Assembly: GCA_037442925.1 (NCBI GenBank)
Contig: JBBIPG010000051.1
Location: 1-16,887, forward strand
Length of the DNA: 16,887 nucleotides
DNA from: Candidatus Fraserbacteria bacterium
Lineage (GTDB): Bacteria; Bipolaricaulota; Bipolaricaulia; RBG-16-55-9
Direction of reading: 5' to 3'
In this document: piece after piece, positions 1 to 7,893 of the stretch
Numbering within the stretch: the stretch's first letter is position 1
How the letters are laid out: every line of letters starts with the position of its first letter
Made by a program: the position numbers and the translations under genes
Notes under the pieces: generated by a model
Database searches by the model: none
The model's input: only the letters and a program-made list of their open reading frames with translations
Told to the model about the DNA's origin: nothing

Positions 1-97
1 GTTCAGGACCAATAGCACAGCACTTTCACCTGCTCATGCATCGGGCTTATACTATTATATAAGTGCAACGGGTACTATGCCAGCGATGCCAATGGAC

Positions 98-126
98 TTG
101 TGCGATGATCGCAGATGGGCTAGACT
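98..126 (+). promoter_or_regulatory. Putative sigma70 promoter for the Uma2 gene
   Basis: TTGTGC (98-103), 17-nt spacer, TAGACT (121-126). An inverted repeat TGCGAT-G-ATCGCA (101-113) overlaps the -35 and spacer. Confidence 0.45.
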
Positions 127-143
127 TCGAGTGGTGAGTAAAT

Positions 144-710
144 ATGGCCAAAGCTTCCGGCCTTCAGAAGATTATTCTGACCTATGACGACTACTTGCAT
201 TTGCCCGACGATGGCAGGCGCTACGAGATCTTGGAGGGTGAGCTTTTTGTGTCCCCCGCTCCGAAGACAAAACATCAAATCATCGCAACGAACTTAGCCG
301 AAGCTCTCAATCGGCATGTGCGTAAACACACGCTGGGGCGGGTGCTGGTGGCACCCACGGATGTCGTCCTTTCCCGAACGAACGTCGTCCAACCGGATCT
401 CCTGTTCATCTCCAACCAGCGCCGCCAGATCCTCACGGAGAACAACGTCCAAGGAGCACCCGATCTCATCGTGGAGATCCTATCAGAGTTCACGGAAGAG
501 CAGGATCGCACAGCCAAGATGCAGATCTACGCACGCCACGGAGTAAGAGAGTACTGGCTCATCGAGCCAGATCGTGAGGTTCTTGAAGTTTACGAACTCG
601 ATGCCGAGAGCCGAATCTTTCATCACCGGGCCACATATCAGCGGGATGAAATCCTGAAATCTACGCTATTTCCCAAGCTTTCTCTAACCTTGGCAGACCT
701 GTGGGAGTAA
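144..710 (+). CDS. Uma2 family (DUF820) PD-(D/E)xK-like putative endonuclease
   Basis: Family motifs LTYDDY..LPDDGRRYEILEG, SPAP..HQ, QPDLLF, GAPDLIVEILS, K..IYA..GVREYWL. Confidence 0.92.
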   Translation: MAKASGLQKIILTYDDYLHLPDDGRRYEILEGELFVSPAPKTKHQIIATNLAEALNRHVRKHTLGRVLVAPTDVVLSRTNVVQPDLLFISNQRRQILTENNVQGAPDLIVEILSEFTEEQDRTAKMQIYARHGVREYWLIEPDREVLEVYELDAESRIFHHRATYQRDEILKSTLFPKLSLTLADLWE

Positions 711-714
711 AAGC

Positions 715-1470
715 TCACTTTCCCAGCTGTTCCGGATCGAAGAGTCTATCATCCAAGGGTTCAATCGTGATCTCGACGGTCTGCATGGTCGTCTTGTTGC
801 CCTGGAAGAGCAAGTCTTCCACGATGATCTCCGAGGCATACTCGTCGTCACGGAAGATGGCGTATTGAAGGTATGAGACCTTCTTCAAGGGTTCACCGCT
901 GACCGCTCGTAGCCAGGCTTGCGCGGGCTTGAGATCATCGCTGGCAAGCCAAAGCGTCACAGAGGGAAACGCCTGTTCGCCAGGATTCCTCTCACTGAGC
1001 TCGAGCTGGATGGTCTCACGACCGTCCAGATCTGCATCCTCGCGCCCGGTTACTGTGTACTCTTCAAATTGAATCCCCGCTGCTTCCGCAACAGATGCAT
1101 CACCAAAGAGCTTCTGCTGACCCGAGACTCTTATCGGCTGTAAGAGTTGCGGTTGCCAGAAGTAGATGTCATCTCCCACAACCAGATAGATCGTGCCACG
1201 CACGCTCTCTGGCTCTAGAAATTCAACCCTCGTGCGCAAGCCGTCAGGAAAGCGCTTGTTAAAGACCTTCAAGAGAGCTTCACTTGTGACAGGCAATCCA
1301 TTCTCGCTCACACGTTCGGCAATCACTTTGAGTGTGAACGTGTAGGAATCTGCGTTGATAAAGCGTGCCTCATCTGCCTTCTTCAGCAGTTCTTCATCCG
1401 TGACCTGACCGAAGACGGTGAGCAAGGCACCCATGACGATCAAGACCAGGAGCCACTGCCGACTTCTCAC
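715..1470 (-). CDS. Outer-membrane lipoprotein-sorting (LolA-like) exported protein
   Basis: The start is re-placed at GTG 1470 behind the SD AGGAGGGAGG, followed by a signal-peptide-like N-terminus (RSRQWLLVLIVMGALLTVFG). Motifs LLKKADEARF, VEFLEP..VRGT, PIRVSGQQKLFGDAS and SGEPLKKV are typical of the LolA-like family found next to FtsX permeases. Confidence 0.75.
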   Translation of the reverse strand: MRSRQWLLVLIVMGALLTVFGQVTDEELLKKADEARFINADSYTFTLKVIAERVSENGLPVTSEALLKVFNKRFPDGLRTRVEFLEPESVRGTIYLVVGDDIYFWQPQLLQPIRVSGQQKLFGDASVAEAAGIQFEEYTVTGREDADLDGRETIQLELSERNPGEQAFPSVTLWLASDDLKPAQAWLRAVSGEPLKKVSYLQYAIFRDDEYASEIIVEDLLFQGNKTTMQTVEITIEPLDDRLFDPEQLGK

Positions 1471-1502
1471 AAACGCCTCCCTCCTTTGCTTTCCCTTGGA
1501 GC

Positions 1503-2741
1503 TTATATGTACCGCAATGCTTCTACCACTCGAATCCGGGCGGCACGCCATGCCGGATAGAGCGTGGAGACAACGGTCGAAAAGGCTGCTGTGAGGAATG
1601 GCACAATGGCATTGGCTATAACGAGCCGGATGCCCAAAGGCACTTCAATCGACCAGCCCGGCGGCACATAGCGAAAGTCCGCCCGGTTCACCAGCCAGCC
1701 CACCAGCCACCCCAAACCCAATCCGATCAAACCGCCGATCACCCCGATGAGAAGCCCTTCGCTCAGAAAGATTCCAAAGACTTGGGAACGCTTCGTTCCA
1801 ATCGCTCGAATGGTCCCAATCTCACGCATTCTCTCGAAGAACGACATCGTCATCACTTCGAGGATGCTGAAGAAGACGAGCACGAAGATGGCAACCGACA
1901 TGAAGCGATAGATGGCACCAAACCAAGCCACCGCCTGCCGACGAAAGATCGCCAAATCATCCCAAGTCTTGATGGTCAAGTTCAGGCCCGTTTCCGATAG
2001 GGCTCGTTCGATCCGCTTCTTGGCTGGTTGCGTAGCCTGAACGCTCTTGAGTTGGACGATGACTTTCTCCACGCTTTGCGTGTTCAGGATGCTCTGGGCG
2101 AAGGTGAGAGGCACAGCCGCGATGCGCGAGTCCACCTCGGGTTGGCCGGTTTCCAAAAACCCCACGGCAAAGAGGTTTCTCGCGTTGTACTGCCCGGAGG
2201 CGCTTGTGGCCATGACCACCAAAGGCGGTCCCGGAAGACCATTGACCGGATGCAGATCTTCGAGCTGAATACCCAGGGACTTCGCCAAGCCCACTCCCAG
2301 CAAGACGGTGTTTTGATCCCCTATTTTCAGGTCATCACCTTCGCTGAGCAGTGAGGCAAAGCTGGCAATCTCCTTTCCGGGCTCGACCCCCGTGGCTACG
2401 AAGACTGAGCTTTTCTTGTCCGTTCCCACCAGTCCCGTGAAGGTCAGTCGCACGGTCGAATCTTCAAAGTCTGGGTCCTTCTTGAGGATGGCGATGATCT
2501 GGTCCAGCTGATCTTTGCGGATGAGATACTCGTAGCCTTCGGCCGTTCCCTCCCAGTAACGCATGTCTGCAATCTGTAGGTGTCCGTACTCATCGACCGC
2601 TTGGAGCCCCATGCCCCAGTCGATGAAGTCAAAGTAGCCCTTGAAGACGAGCAGACTAGCAGTCCCCAGAGCGATGAGCAACAGACTCAAGAGCGTGCGT
2701 CGCCGATTGCGGAAGACGTTTCGTAGCGCGATTCTCAGCAT
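1503..2741 (-). CDS. ABC transporter permease, FtsX/LolE-like (type VII)
   Basis: IALRNVFRNRRRTLLS N-terminus, large extracytoplasmic domain, ERMREIGTIRAIG motif, C-terminal YPAWRAARIRVVEALRY. SD GGAG upstream. Confidence 0.92.
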   Translation of the reverse strand: MLRIALRNVFRNRRRTLLSLLLIALGTASLLVFKGYFDFIDWGMGLQAVDEYGHLQIADMRYWEGTAEGYEYLIRKDQLDQIIAILKKDPDFEDSTVRLTFTGLVGTDKKSSVFVATGVEPGKEIASFASLLSEGDDLKIGDQNTVLLGVGLAKSLGIQLEDLHPVNGLPGPPLVVMATSASGQYNARNLFAVGFLETGQPEVDSRIAAVPLTFAQSILNTQSVEKVIVQLKSVQATQPAKKRIERALSETGLNLTIKTWDDLAIFRRQAVAWFGAIYRFMSVAIFVLVFFSILEVMTMSFFERMREIGTIRAIGTKRSQVFGIFLSEGLLIGVIGGLIGLGLGWLVGWLVNRADFRYVPPGWSIEVPLGIRLVIANAIVPFLTAAFSTVVSTLYPAWRAARIRVVEALRYI

Positions 2742-2747
2742 GTGCGC

Positions 2748-3062
2748 TCACTCCTGACTGCCCCAGTTCAATGGGAGAGTGGTTCTCTTTCGCATCTCCA
2801 TGAGTGCTAGAGCATAGGCTCCCAGCAGACCCGTCATGCCTAGTCCCAGCAGTATCGCAGCCCACAAACTCAGGTCGAGGGGAGCCAATCCGCTGAACGT
2901 TTGGAAGGCACTGATGACCACCAATGCAGCATAGCTCAAAGCTCCGACGATGACAACCCGCGTCCGTTGGTCCTCGCTCCAATTCGTGAAAAGTAGCAAC
3001 CAGCCGAGTACCGAGACCGGCTCGATGCGAGTGCTCTGAAACGTGATCGTGGGGTACTTCAT
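2748..3062 (-). CDS. Small membrane protein, possibly a chimeric or truncated remnant
   Basis: The 104-aa ORF has about 3 hydrophobic segments and fills the gap between MFS and permease, with 6 nt to the permease start. It has no clear SD, and the N-terminal KYPTITFQSTRIEP resembles an internal YceI segment. Confidence 0.5.
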   Translation of the reverse strand: MKYPTITFQSTRIEPVSVLGWLLLFTNWSEDQRTRVVIVGALSYAALVVISAFQTFSGLAPLDLSLWAAILLGLGMTGLLGAYALALMEMRKRTTLPLNWGSQE

Positions 3063-3141
3063 ATAGAGGGCAAATTTTTGGACTTCTTACCTCTAAGATA
3101 AAAAACCTGCTTCTGTCAAGGACCCTCCAGGTGTATTGGCC

Positions 3142-4443
3142 TTAATCCCCGCTCACCGTTTGAGGTGCTTTTTCTGTGGGCTCATACGCCAAAAACTCTC
3201 GAAACTCCTGACTCGTCAAAAGCCAAGCCGAGAAGAGAGTTCCCAGTACCCCCGTTGAAATCAATATGAGCGGGACATTTTGATGGAGCAAGTCGGCTAC
3301 GACACCTGTCAGTCCCATGGAGATGGGGATGAGACCCGCGGAGAGCGTGCTCAGGAGCCCAAAGACTCGTCCTCGGATTTCGCTGGGGGTGCTGAGTTGC
3401 AAGATGGTGATGATGCTGATGTTGATGAACCCGCTCATGATGCCTACGGCCAACATGAGGATCAACGCTCCCAGGGGGCTTCGGTTGACTCCCAAAAGAA
3501 TCCCGATGAGAGCTGTGCCGACGATCATCAGCATGACCACGACGCTTCTCGTTCGTCCTGGAAGATGGATGGCACCGGCCAAGAGATACCCTGCCAGAGC
3601 CCCTGCGCCAAAGGACGCGAGAAGAAAGCCGTACCAATCTACAGAGGTCTTCAGGAAATCCTCCACGTAAAAGGGGAACAAGACGATCGTGGGGACAAAG
3701 AGGAAATTCAAAAGAGCGATCGCCAGGAAGAAGTTCCTCATGCCAGATCGATTCCAAACATATCGAAAGCCTTCCAAGGTCTCCTGCTGGAGATCCTGAA
3801 GCTTCCGCTGCCAATCAGCGCTCTTTTCAGGGATCACTTGCGGGATTCGGATGAAGAGTTCGCTGAAAGCCGAAAATAGATAGGTCAATCCATCGATCAA
3901 AAAAAGCACAGGAGCTCCCAAGATGCGGTAGAGCACGCCCCCAAGCCCCTGGCCGAGAAACGTGGAGATCTGCACGGAGGCCTGGTTGAGAGAGTTCGCC
4001 GCGGCAACTCTCTCGCTGGGCACAATATCGGGAATGGCGGCGGAGATGGCCGGCCGGAAGAAGGTCGTTACCGCAGCAACAGCCATGGAGACGATGAACA
4101 GCCAGATGATGATGAGACTTTGTGCTTCCGGAGCTAGAAACATCCAAGCGGCCAGCGACAGGACGGCAATGCCATTCAAGAAATCGCAAAGGATGATGAT
4201 GTTTCGTCGGGAATGGCGATCGGCGAACGTCCCGGCCAGGGGGCCAAGGATCACCGCGGGCAGATTCGAAAGCATCAAGAGAAGCCCCATTAACGTGGCC
4301 GATCCGGTGGCGTGCTTGATCCAGAAGACCATGGCAATGGAAAACGCCTGAGAGCCGAGCTGGCTGACCAGTTGTCCCTGCCAGAGCAGAAAGAAATTCC
4401 GGTTCATCAGGCGAGTGGGTCGCTCCACTTCCCTCAGGTTCAC
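3142..4443 (-). CDS. MFS transporter (DHA3/macrolide-efflux-like H+ antiporter family)
   Basis: NRNFFLLWQGQLVSQLG N-terminus, motif A GTFADRHSRRNIII..D, C-terminal-half P.EIRGRVFG, about 12 hydrophobic segments. GTG start. Confidence 0.92.
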   Translation of the reverse strand: MNLREVERPTRLMNRNFFLLWQGQLVSQLGSQAFSIAMVFWIKHATGSATLMGLLLMLSNLPAVILGPLAGTFADRHSRRNIIILCDFLNGIAVLSLAAWMFLAPEAQSLIIIWLFIVSMAVAAVTTFFRPAISAAIPDIVPSERVAAANSLNQASVQISTFLGQGLGGVLYRILGAPVLFLIDGLTYLFSAFSELFIRIPQVIPEKSADWQRKLQDLQQETLEGFRYVWNRSGMRNFFLAIALLNFLFVPTIVLFPFYVEDFLKTSVDWYGFLLASFGAGALAGYLLAGAIHLPGRTRSVVVMLMIVGTALIGILLGVNRSPLGALILMLAVGIMSGFINISIITILQLSTPSEIRGRVFGLLSTLSAGLIPISMGLTGVVADLLHQNVPLILISTGVLGTLFSAWLLTSQEFREFLAYEPTEKAPQTVSGD

Positions 4444-4467
4444 GGATGTTTTCCTACGGGAGAAGGG

Positions 4468-5649
4468 CTAGATCAATCCGCCCTCTTTGCCGACCTTCTC
4501 GAACACGCTCAGGGCGAAGTCCAGCTGTTTTTCGGTATGAGTGGCCATGTAGCTTGTGCGAAGAAGCGCCCGGCCTGGCGGGACAGCTGGTGGCAACACC
4601 ACGTTGGCATAGACGCCACCCTCAAAGAGCGACTTCCACATCTGGAGGGCTTTATACATGTCTCCCACGACAATCGGGATCACGGGGGTCTCGGACTTTC
4701 CGGTATCAAACCCTAGATCTTGTAGTCCGCTCATCATTTTGCGGGTGTTCTTCCACAGCTGCCGACGCCTCTCCGGCTCGCTTTCAATGACGTCGAGAGA
4801 AGCCAGCACCGCCGCCACAGCCGCCGGAGGCATGCTGGCACTGAAGATCATCGAGCGCGCATGATGCTGAATGTAACTGATGACATACTCTTCCCCCGCG
4901 ATCACACCGCCCAGCGATGCAAACGATTTGCTGAACGTACCCATCACCAGATCCACATCGTCTTCGACACCGAAGTGCTCGCAGGTTCCGCGGCCGTGCT
5001 CGCCCATCACGCCTAACCCGTGGGCATCGTCCACCATCATGCGGGCGCCATGGTTCTTTGCCAACTTTACTATGCGTGGTAGAGGTGCCAGATCGCCTTC
5101 CATGCTGAACAAGCCATCCACGACGATCAGTTTCCCTGCTTCTTCAGGGCAGCTTTCTAGCACTTGAGCTAAATCCTCCGTGTCGTTGTGGCGGAAACGC
5201 TTCATCCTGCCGTAGGCCAGGCGCGCCCCATCGATGATGCTGGCATGGTTCCACTTGTCCGAGATGATGATGTCGTTCTTATCCACGAGAGCAGAGATCG
5301 TTCCCAAATTCGTCTGGAAGCCCGTAGAGAAGACCAGAGCGGCTTCACGCTTTAGAAAGCGCGCCAGTCGATCTTCCAACATGTGATGCAGATCCAGTGT
5401 CCCATTCAGAAACCGCGAGCCACAGCTCGAAGTGCCGTACTTCTTGACGGCATCCACCGCAGCTTGCTTCACCTTGGGATGGGTCGTGAGTCCCAAGTAG
5501 TTGTTCGACCCCAGCATGAGCACCCGACGTCCCTCGATGATCACCTCGGTATCCTCCGCCGTGGAGACGGGCTTAAAGTACGGATAATACCCGAGCTCCT
5601 TTGCTTGTCTCGCGGCCACAAATGACTCACATTTCGCAAACAAATCCAT
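4468..5649 (-). CDS. PLP-dependent alpha-oxoamine synthase, serine palmitoyltransferase-like
   Basis: Motifs YYPYF, GSNNYLGLT, GSRFLNGT, HASIIDG, DGLFSMEGD, DDAH and the PLP-lysine motif GTFSKSFASLGG. The family is certain; the SPT subfamily is inferred from the motifs. Confidence 0.88.
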   Translation of the reverse strand: MDLFAKCESFVAARQAKELGYYPYFKPVSTAEDTEVIIEGRRVLMLGSNNYLGLTTHPKVKQAAVDAVKKYGTSSCGSRFLNGTLDLHHMLEDRLARFLKREAALVFSTGFQTNLGTISALVDKNDIIISDKWNHASIIDGARLAYGRMKRFRHNDTEDLAQVLESCPEEAGKLIVVDGLFSMEGDLAPLPRIVKLAKNHGARMMVDDAHGLGVMGEHGRGTCEHFGVEDDVDLVMGTFSKSFASLGGVIAGEEYVISYIQHHARSMIFSASMPPAAVAAVLASLDVIESEPERRRQLWKNTRKMMSGLQDLGFDTGKSETPVIPIVVGDMYKALQMWKSLFEGGVYANVVLPPAVPPGRALLRTSYMATHTEKQLDFALSVFEKVGKEGGLI

Positions 5650-5666
5650 CCTATCCCTCCTGCCTT

Positions 5667-5696
5667 ATCATAGTTTGAGCTGGCCAACTACTTCAA
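5667..5696 (-). promoter_or_regulatory. Possible internal sigma70 promoter ahead of the SPT-like gene
   Basis: Minus strand TTGAAG (5696-5691), 18 nt, TATGAT (5672-5667), then SD AGGAGGG and ATG 5649. Confidence 0.35.
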
Positions 5697-6674
5697 ATTC
5701 CGATACCACTCCACAGTCCGCTTGAGCCCTTCTTCGAGCATCACACGCGGCTCATAGCCCAGCTCTTTCTGAATCTTAGAGATGTCGTAGTGGTGAGGAA
5801 AGGTCATGGCCCGCACACTGTCGGGGTTGATCAGTGGCTCTTCGGAAGGTCGTCGCCACCGGTTCCACCAGTAACTCACGAAAGCATAGCTGTAAGCAAG
5901 CGGGTAGGGAACGCTCACCGTGCGTGGCGGGCTCTTAAGAGTCTTGCCAAACAATGCCACGAGTGTGCGTATGGAGTGCTTCTGGCCATCGGTGACATTA
6001 TAGATTTGTCCTACGGCTTCGTCTTTCGTGCCTGCAAGGACGAGCGCCTGCGCCACGTCGGTAACGTAGACCATGTCCAAGGGCTGGCGGCCCCCTTGGA
6101 TAAGCGGGAACCTGCGCCCAGCAAGAGCCTGCGAGAGCTGAGGTAGAAAATTACTATCTCGCGGGCCGTAGATCACGCAGGGTCGCAGAATCACCGTCTG
6201 CAGGGTGCCGTCTTGTTGATGCTTCCTTACGAGCTGCTCAGCTAGGATCTTGGATTCCGAGTAGGTGTCATTGGCGGAGAGGGGGTGCTCTTCGCGAACC
6301 AGATCGGTTTGCGGTTCGCCGTAGACGGCCACCGAGCTTACGAATACGAATCGCCGCACGCCCGATCGGGCACCGGCCTCTAAGAGATTCTTTGTCCCCT
6401 CAACGTTCGCTTTGAGAATGAGATCCCGATTCCCCTGATAGGGGAGCGTCACACGCGCCGCGCAGTGGTACACAATCTCGACGCCTTGAACCGCGCGCAT
6501 CAGGGATCCTGGGTCGTTCAGATCTCCTACAACAAGCTGCGTTCCCAGACGTTTCAGCGCTTCCGCGCGACGTTCATCCCGCACGAGAACGCGCACGCTC
6601 TCTCCGCACTCAACCAGCCGCTCCACCAGGTGGCTCCCCACTAGACCGGTAGCTCCGCTCACAAGAGCCTTCAC
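5688..6674 (-). CDS. NAD(P)-dependent epimerase/dehydratase (extended SDR, 3-beta-HSD-like)
   Basis: The start is re-placed at GTG 6674 (SD GGGGGAG), giving MKALVSGATGLVG (GxxGxxG). Also has VYHCAA, FVSSVAVYG, catalytic YSESK (YxxxK), LRPCVIYGPRD and YVTDVA. Confidence 0.92.
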   Translation of the reverse strand: MKALVSGATGLVGSHLVERLVECGESVRVLVRDERRAEALKRLGTQLVVGDLNDPGSLMRAVQGVEIVYHCAARVTLPYQGNRDLILKANVEGTKNLLEAGARSGVRRFVFVSSVAVYGEPQTDLVREEHPLSANDTYSESKILAEQLVRKHQQDGTLQTVILRPCVIYGPRDSNFLPQLSQALAGRRFPLIQGGRQPLDMVYVTDVAQALVLAGTKDEAVGQIYNVTDGQKHSIRTLVALFGKTLKSPPRTVSVPYPLAYSYAFVSYWWNRWRRPSEEPLINPDSVRAMTFPHHYDISKIQKELGYEPRVMLEEGLKRTVEWYRNLK

Positions 6675-6746
6675 GTACTCCCCCTTCGGATGCCTATCTT
6701 TACATGTCGCCTCGATGGGAGGCAAGTCAGTATAATCCAAGGGAGG

Positions 6747-7523
6747 ATGAACACGATCAGCGTTCCTGAAGGGCTGGAGTTCGTGGACCTTGCGCTGTAT
6801 GTGCCCACCTACCAGGCGCTCATCATCGCCGATGTCCATCTGGGTTTTGAGGAAGCCCTTCATGAGGAGGGTACACTCGTGCCCCGCGGGCACTTCCGGC
6901 AGCTTATGGAGCGCCTAGAGAGGATCCTCGCTCATGTGGGCATCGACCCGGAGCGACCGCTGGAGCAGCTGATCATCAACGGAGATCTCAGCCATCGGTT
7001 CGGATTCCTGTCCGCTCCGGAATGGAAAGAAACCAGAGAGTTTCTGCAACGTGTGAGGGAGATCAGTCGGCATGTCGTCATCATCGAGGGCAATCACGAT
7101 GCCCATCTGAACGTCGTCACGGAAGACCTGGGAGGCATCCAGGTCGCTCGCTTCTATAAGTTGGGTCATCTGCTCTTCATTCATGGCGACAGTGCCCCAG
7201 ATCCGTTGCCCTCTCATACGAAGATGATCCTCATGGGACACGAGCACCCCGCTGTTGGGTTACGCGACAGCGTCACGGGGCGAATCGAGCTATACAAGTG
7301 TTTCCTTGTGGGATGCTATCACAACCGGAGGCTCGTGGTTCTTCCCTCGTTCAATCCTTGGGTGCAGGGAACCGATCTGACACGGGAGCGTTGCCTATCA
7401 CCCTTACTGAGTGAAGAGGCCCTCGGGGCGTTCGAAGTCTATCCCGTGTCAGACGAGGGGTCTGTCTATCGCTTCGGGCTGCTGGAACACATCATGGTGA
7501 CCGGCAGCCGGGCGGGGAGATGA
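6747..7523 (+). CDS. Calcineurin-like metallophosphoesterase, archaeal-type (COG1407 / SbcD-related)
   Basis: All five MPP motifs are present: DVHLG, NGD, GNHD, HGD, GHEHP. The C-terminal KCFL and VLPSFNP are typical of this subfamily. Start taken at ATG 6747, after TATAAT at 6731-6736. Confidence 0.85.
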   Translation: MNTISVPEGLEFVDLALYVPTYQALIIADVHLGFEEALHEEGTLVPRGHFRQLMERLERILAHVGIDPERPLEQLIINGDLSHRFGFLSAPEWKETREFLQRVREISRHVVIIEGNHDAHLNVVTEDLGGIQVARFYKLGHLLFIHGDSAPDPLPSHTKMILMGHEHPAVGLRDSVTGRIELYKCFLVGCYHNRRLVVLPSFNPWVQGTDLTRERCLSPLLSEEALGAFEVYPVSDEGSVYRFGLLEHIMVTGSRAGR

Positions 7524-7524
7524 C

Positions 7525-7893
7525 GTGGAGCGCATCCTCATTCGCGGCCTCAAGCTCTTCGGGCGCCATGGCGTCTATGCGGAGGAACGCCAACGCGGCC
7601 AGTTCTTTCTCGTTGACGCCTATATTGACTTAGAGCGCCCGTCCAGACGAGATGACCTGACACAGACGGTGGATTACTCGGCCATCATCGACGCGCTTCG
7701 TGAGGAGAACGAATCCCAGCAGTTCCGACTCATCGAGAGCCTTGCCCACGCCTTGGCCCAGAGTCTACTAAAGAGATTCTCGTGCATCCGAAAAGTTCGC
7801 GTGCGGATACGCAAGCTGCTACCCCGTTCTCGAGCCGCTCTAAGCTGGGTCGCTGCGGAAACGGTCTGTGCGAGGGATGAGATCAGTGAGTGA
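7525..7893 (+). CDS. folB: Dihydroneopterin aldolase
   Basis: GRHGVYAEE..GQ.F.VD, DDL..TVDY, LIESLA, VRIRK. Adjacent to folK. Confidence 0.92.
   Translation: MERILIRGLKLFGRHGVYAEERQRGQFFLVDAYIDLERPSRRDDLTQTVDYSAIIDALREENESQQFRLIESLAHALAQSLLKRFSCIRKVRVRIRKLLPRSRAALSWVAAETVCARDEISE

Noticed and set aside
1..40. Possible start of a minus-strand gene (GTG CTA TTG GTC CTG AAC, MLLVLN) leaving the window
   Set aside because: Only 6 codons are visible, which cannot support a call.
64..82. Sigma54-like TGGCA...TTGCA on the minus strand
   Set aside because: The GG to GC spacing is 13 nt rather than the required 10.
3109..3120. 12-nt CTTGACAGAAGC present at 3120-3109 (minus) and 14811-14822 (plus)
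   Set aside because: Neither copy has a convincing -10 at proper spacing, and the second lies between convergent stops. A single 12-mer match is compatible with chance.
3099..3133. Possible intrinsic terminator after the MFS gene (ACCTG...CAGGT followed by a T run)
   Set aside because: The stem is only 5 bp with a long loop, too weak to call.
4468..5649. Annotation as bioF or kbl
   Set aside because: There are no bio or tdh neighbours, and the GSRFLNGT and GTFSKS motifs fit the SPT-like branch better. The gene symbol is withheld pending phylogeny.
6675..6893. Long N-terminal extensions in the ORF track (5688..6893, also 715..1551, 11072..12517, 16403..16642)
   Set aside because: Family motifs and SD sequences point to downstream GTG starts (6674, 1470, 12418, 16606). 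The extensions overlap other genes or promoters.
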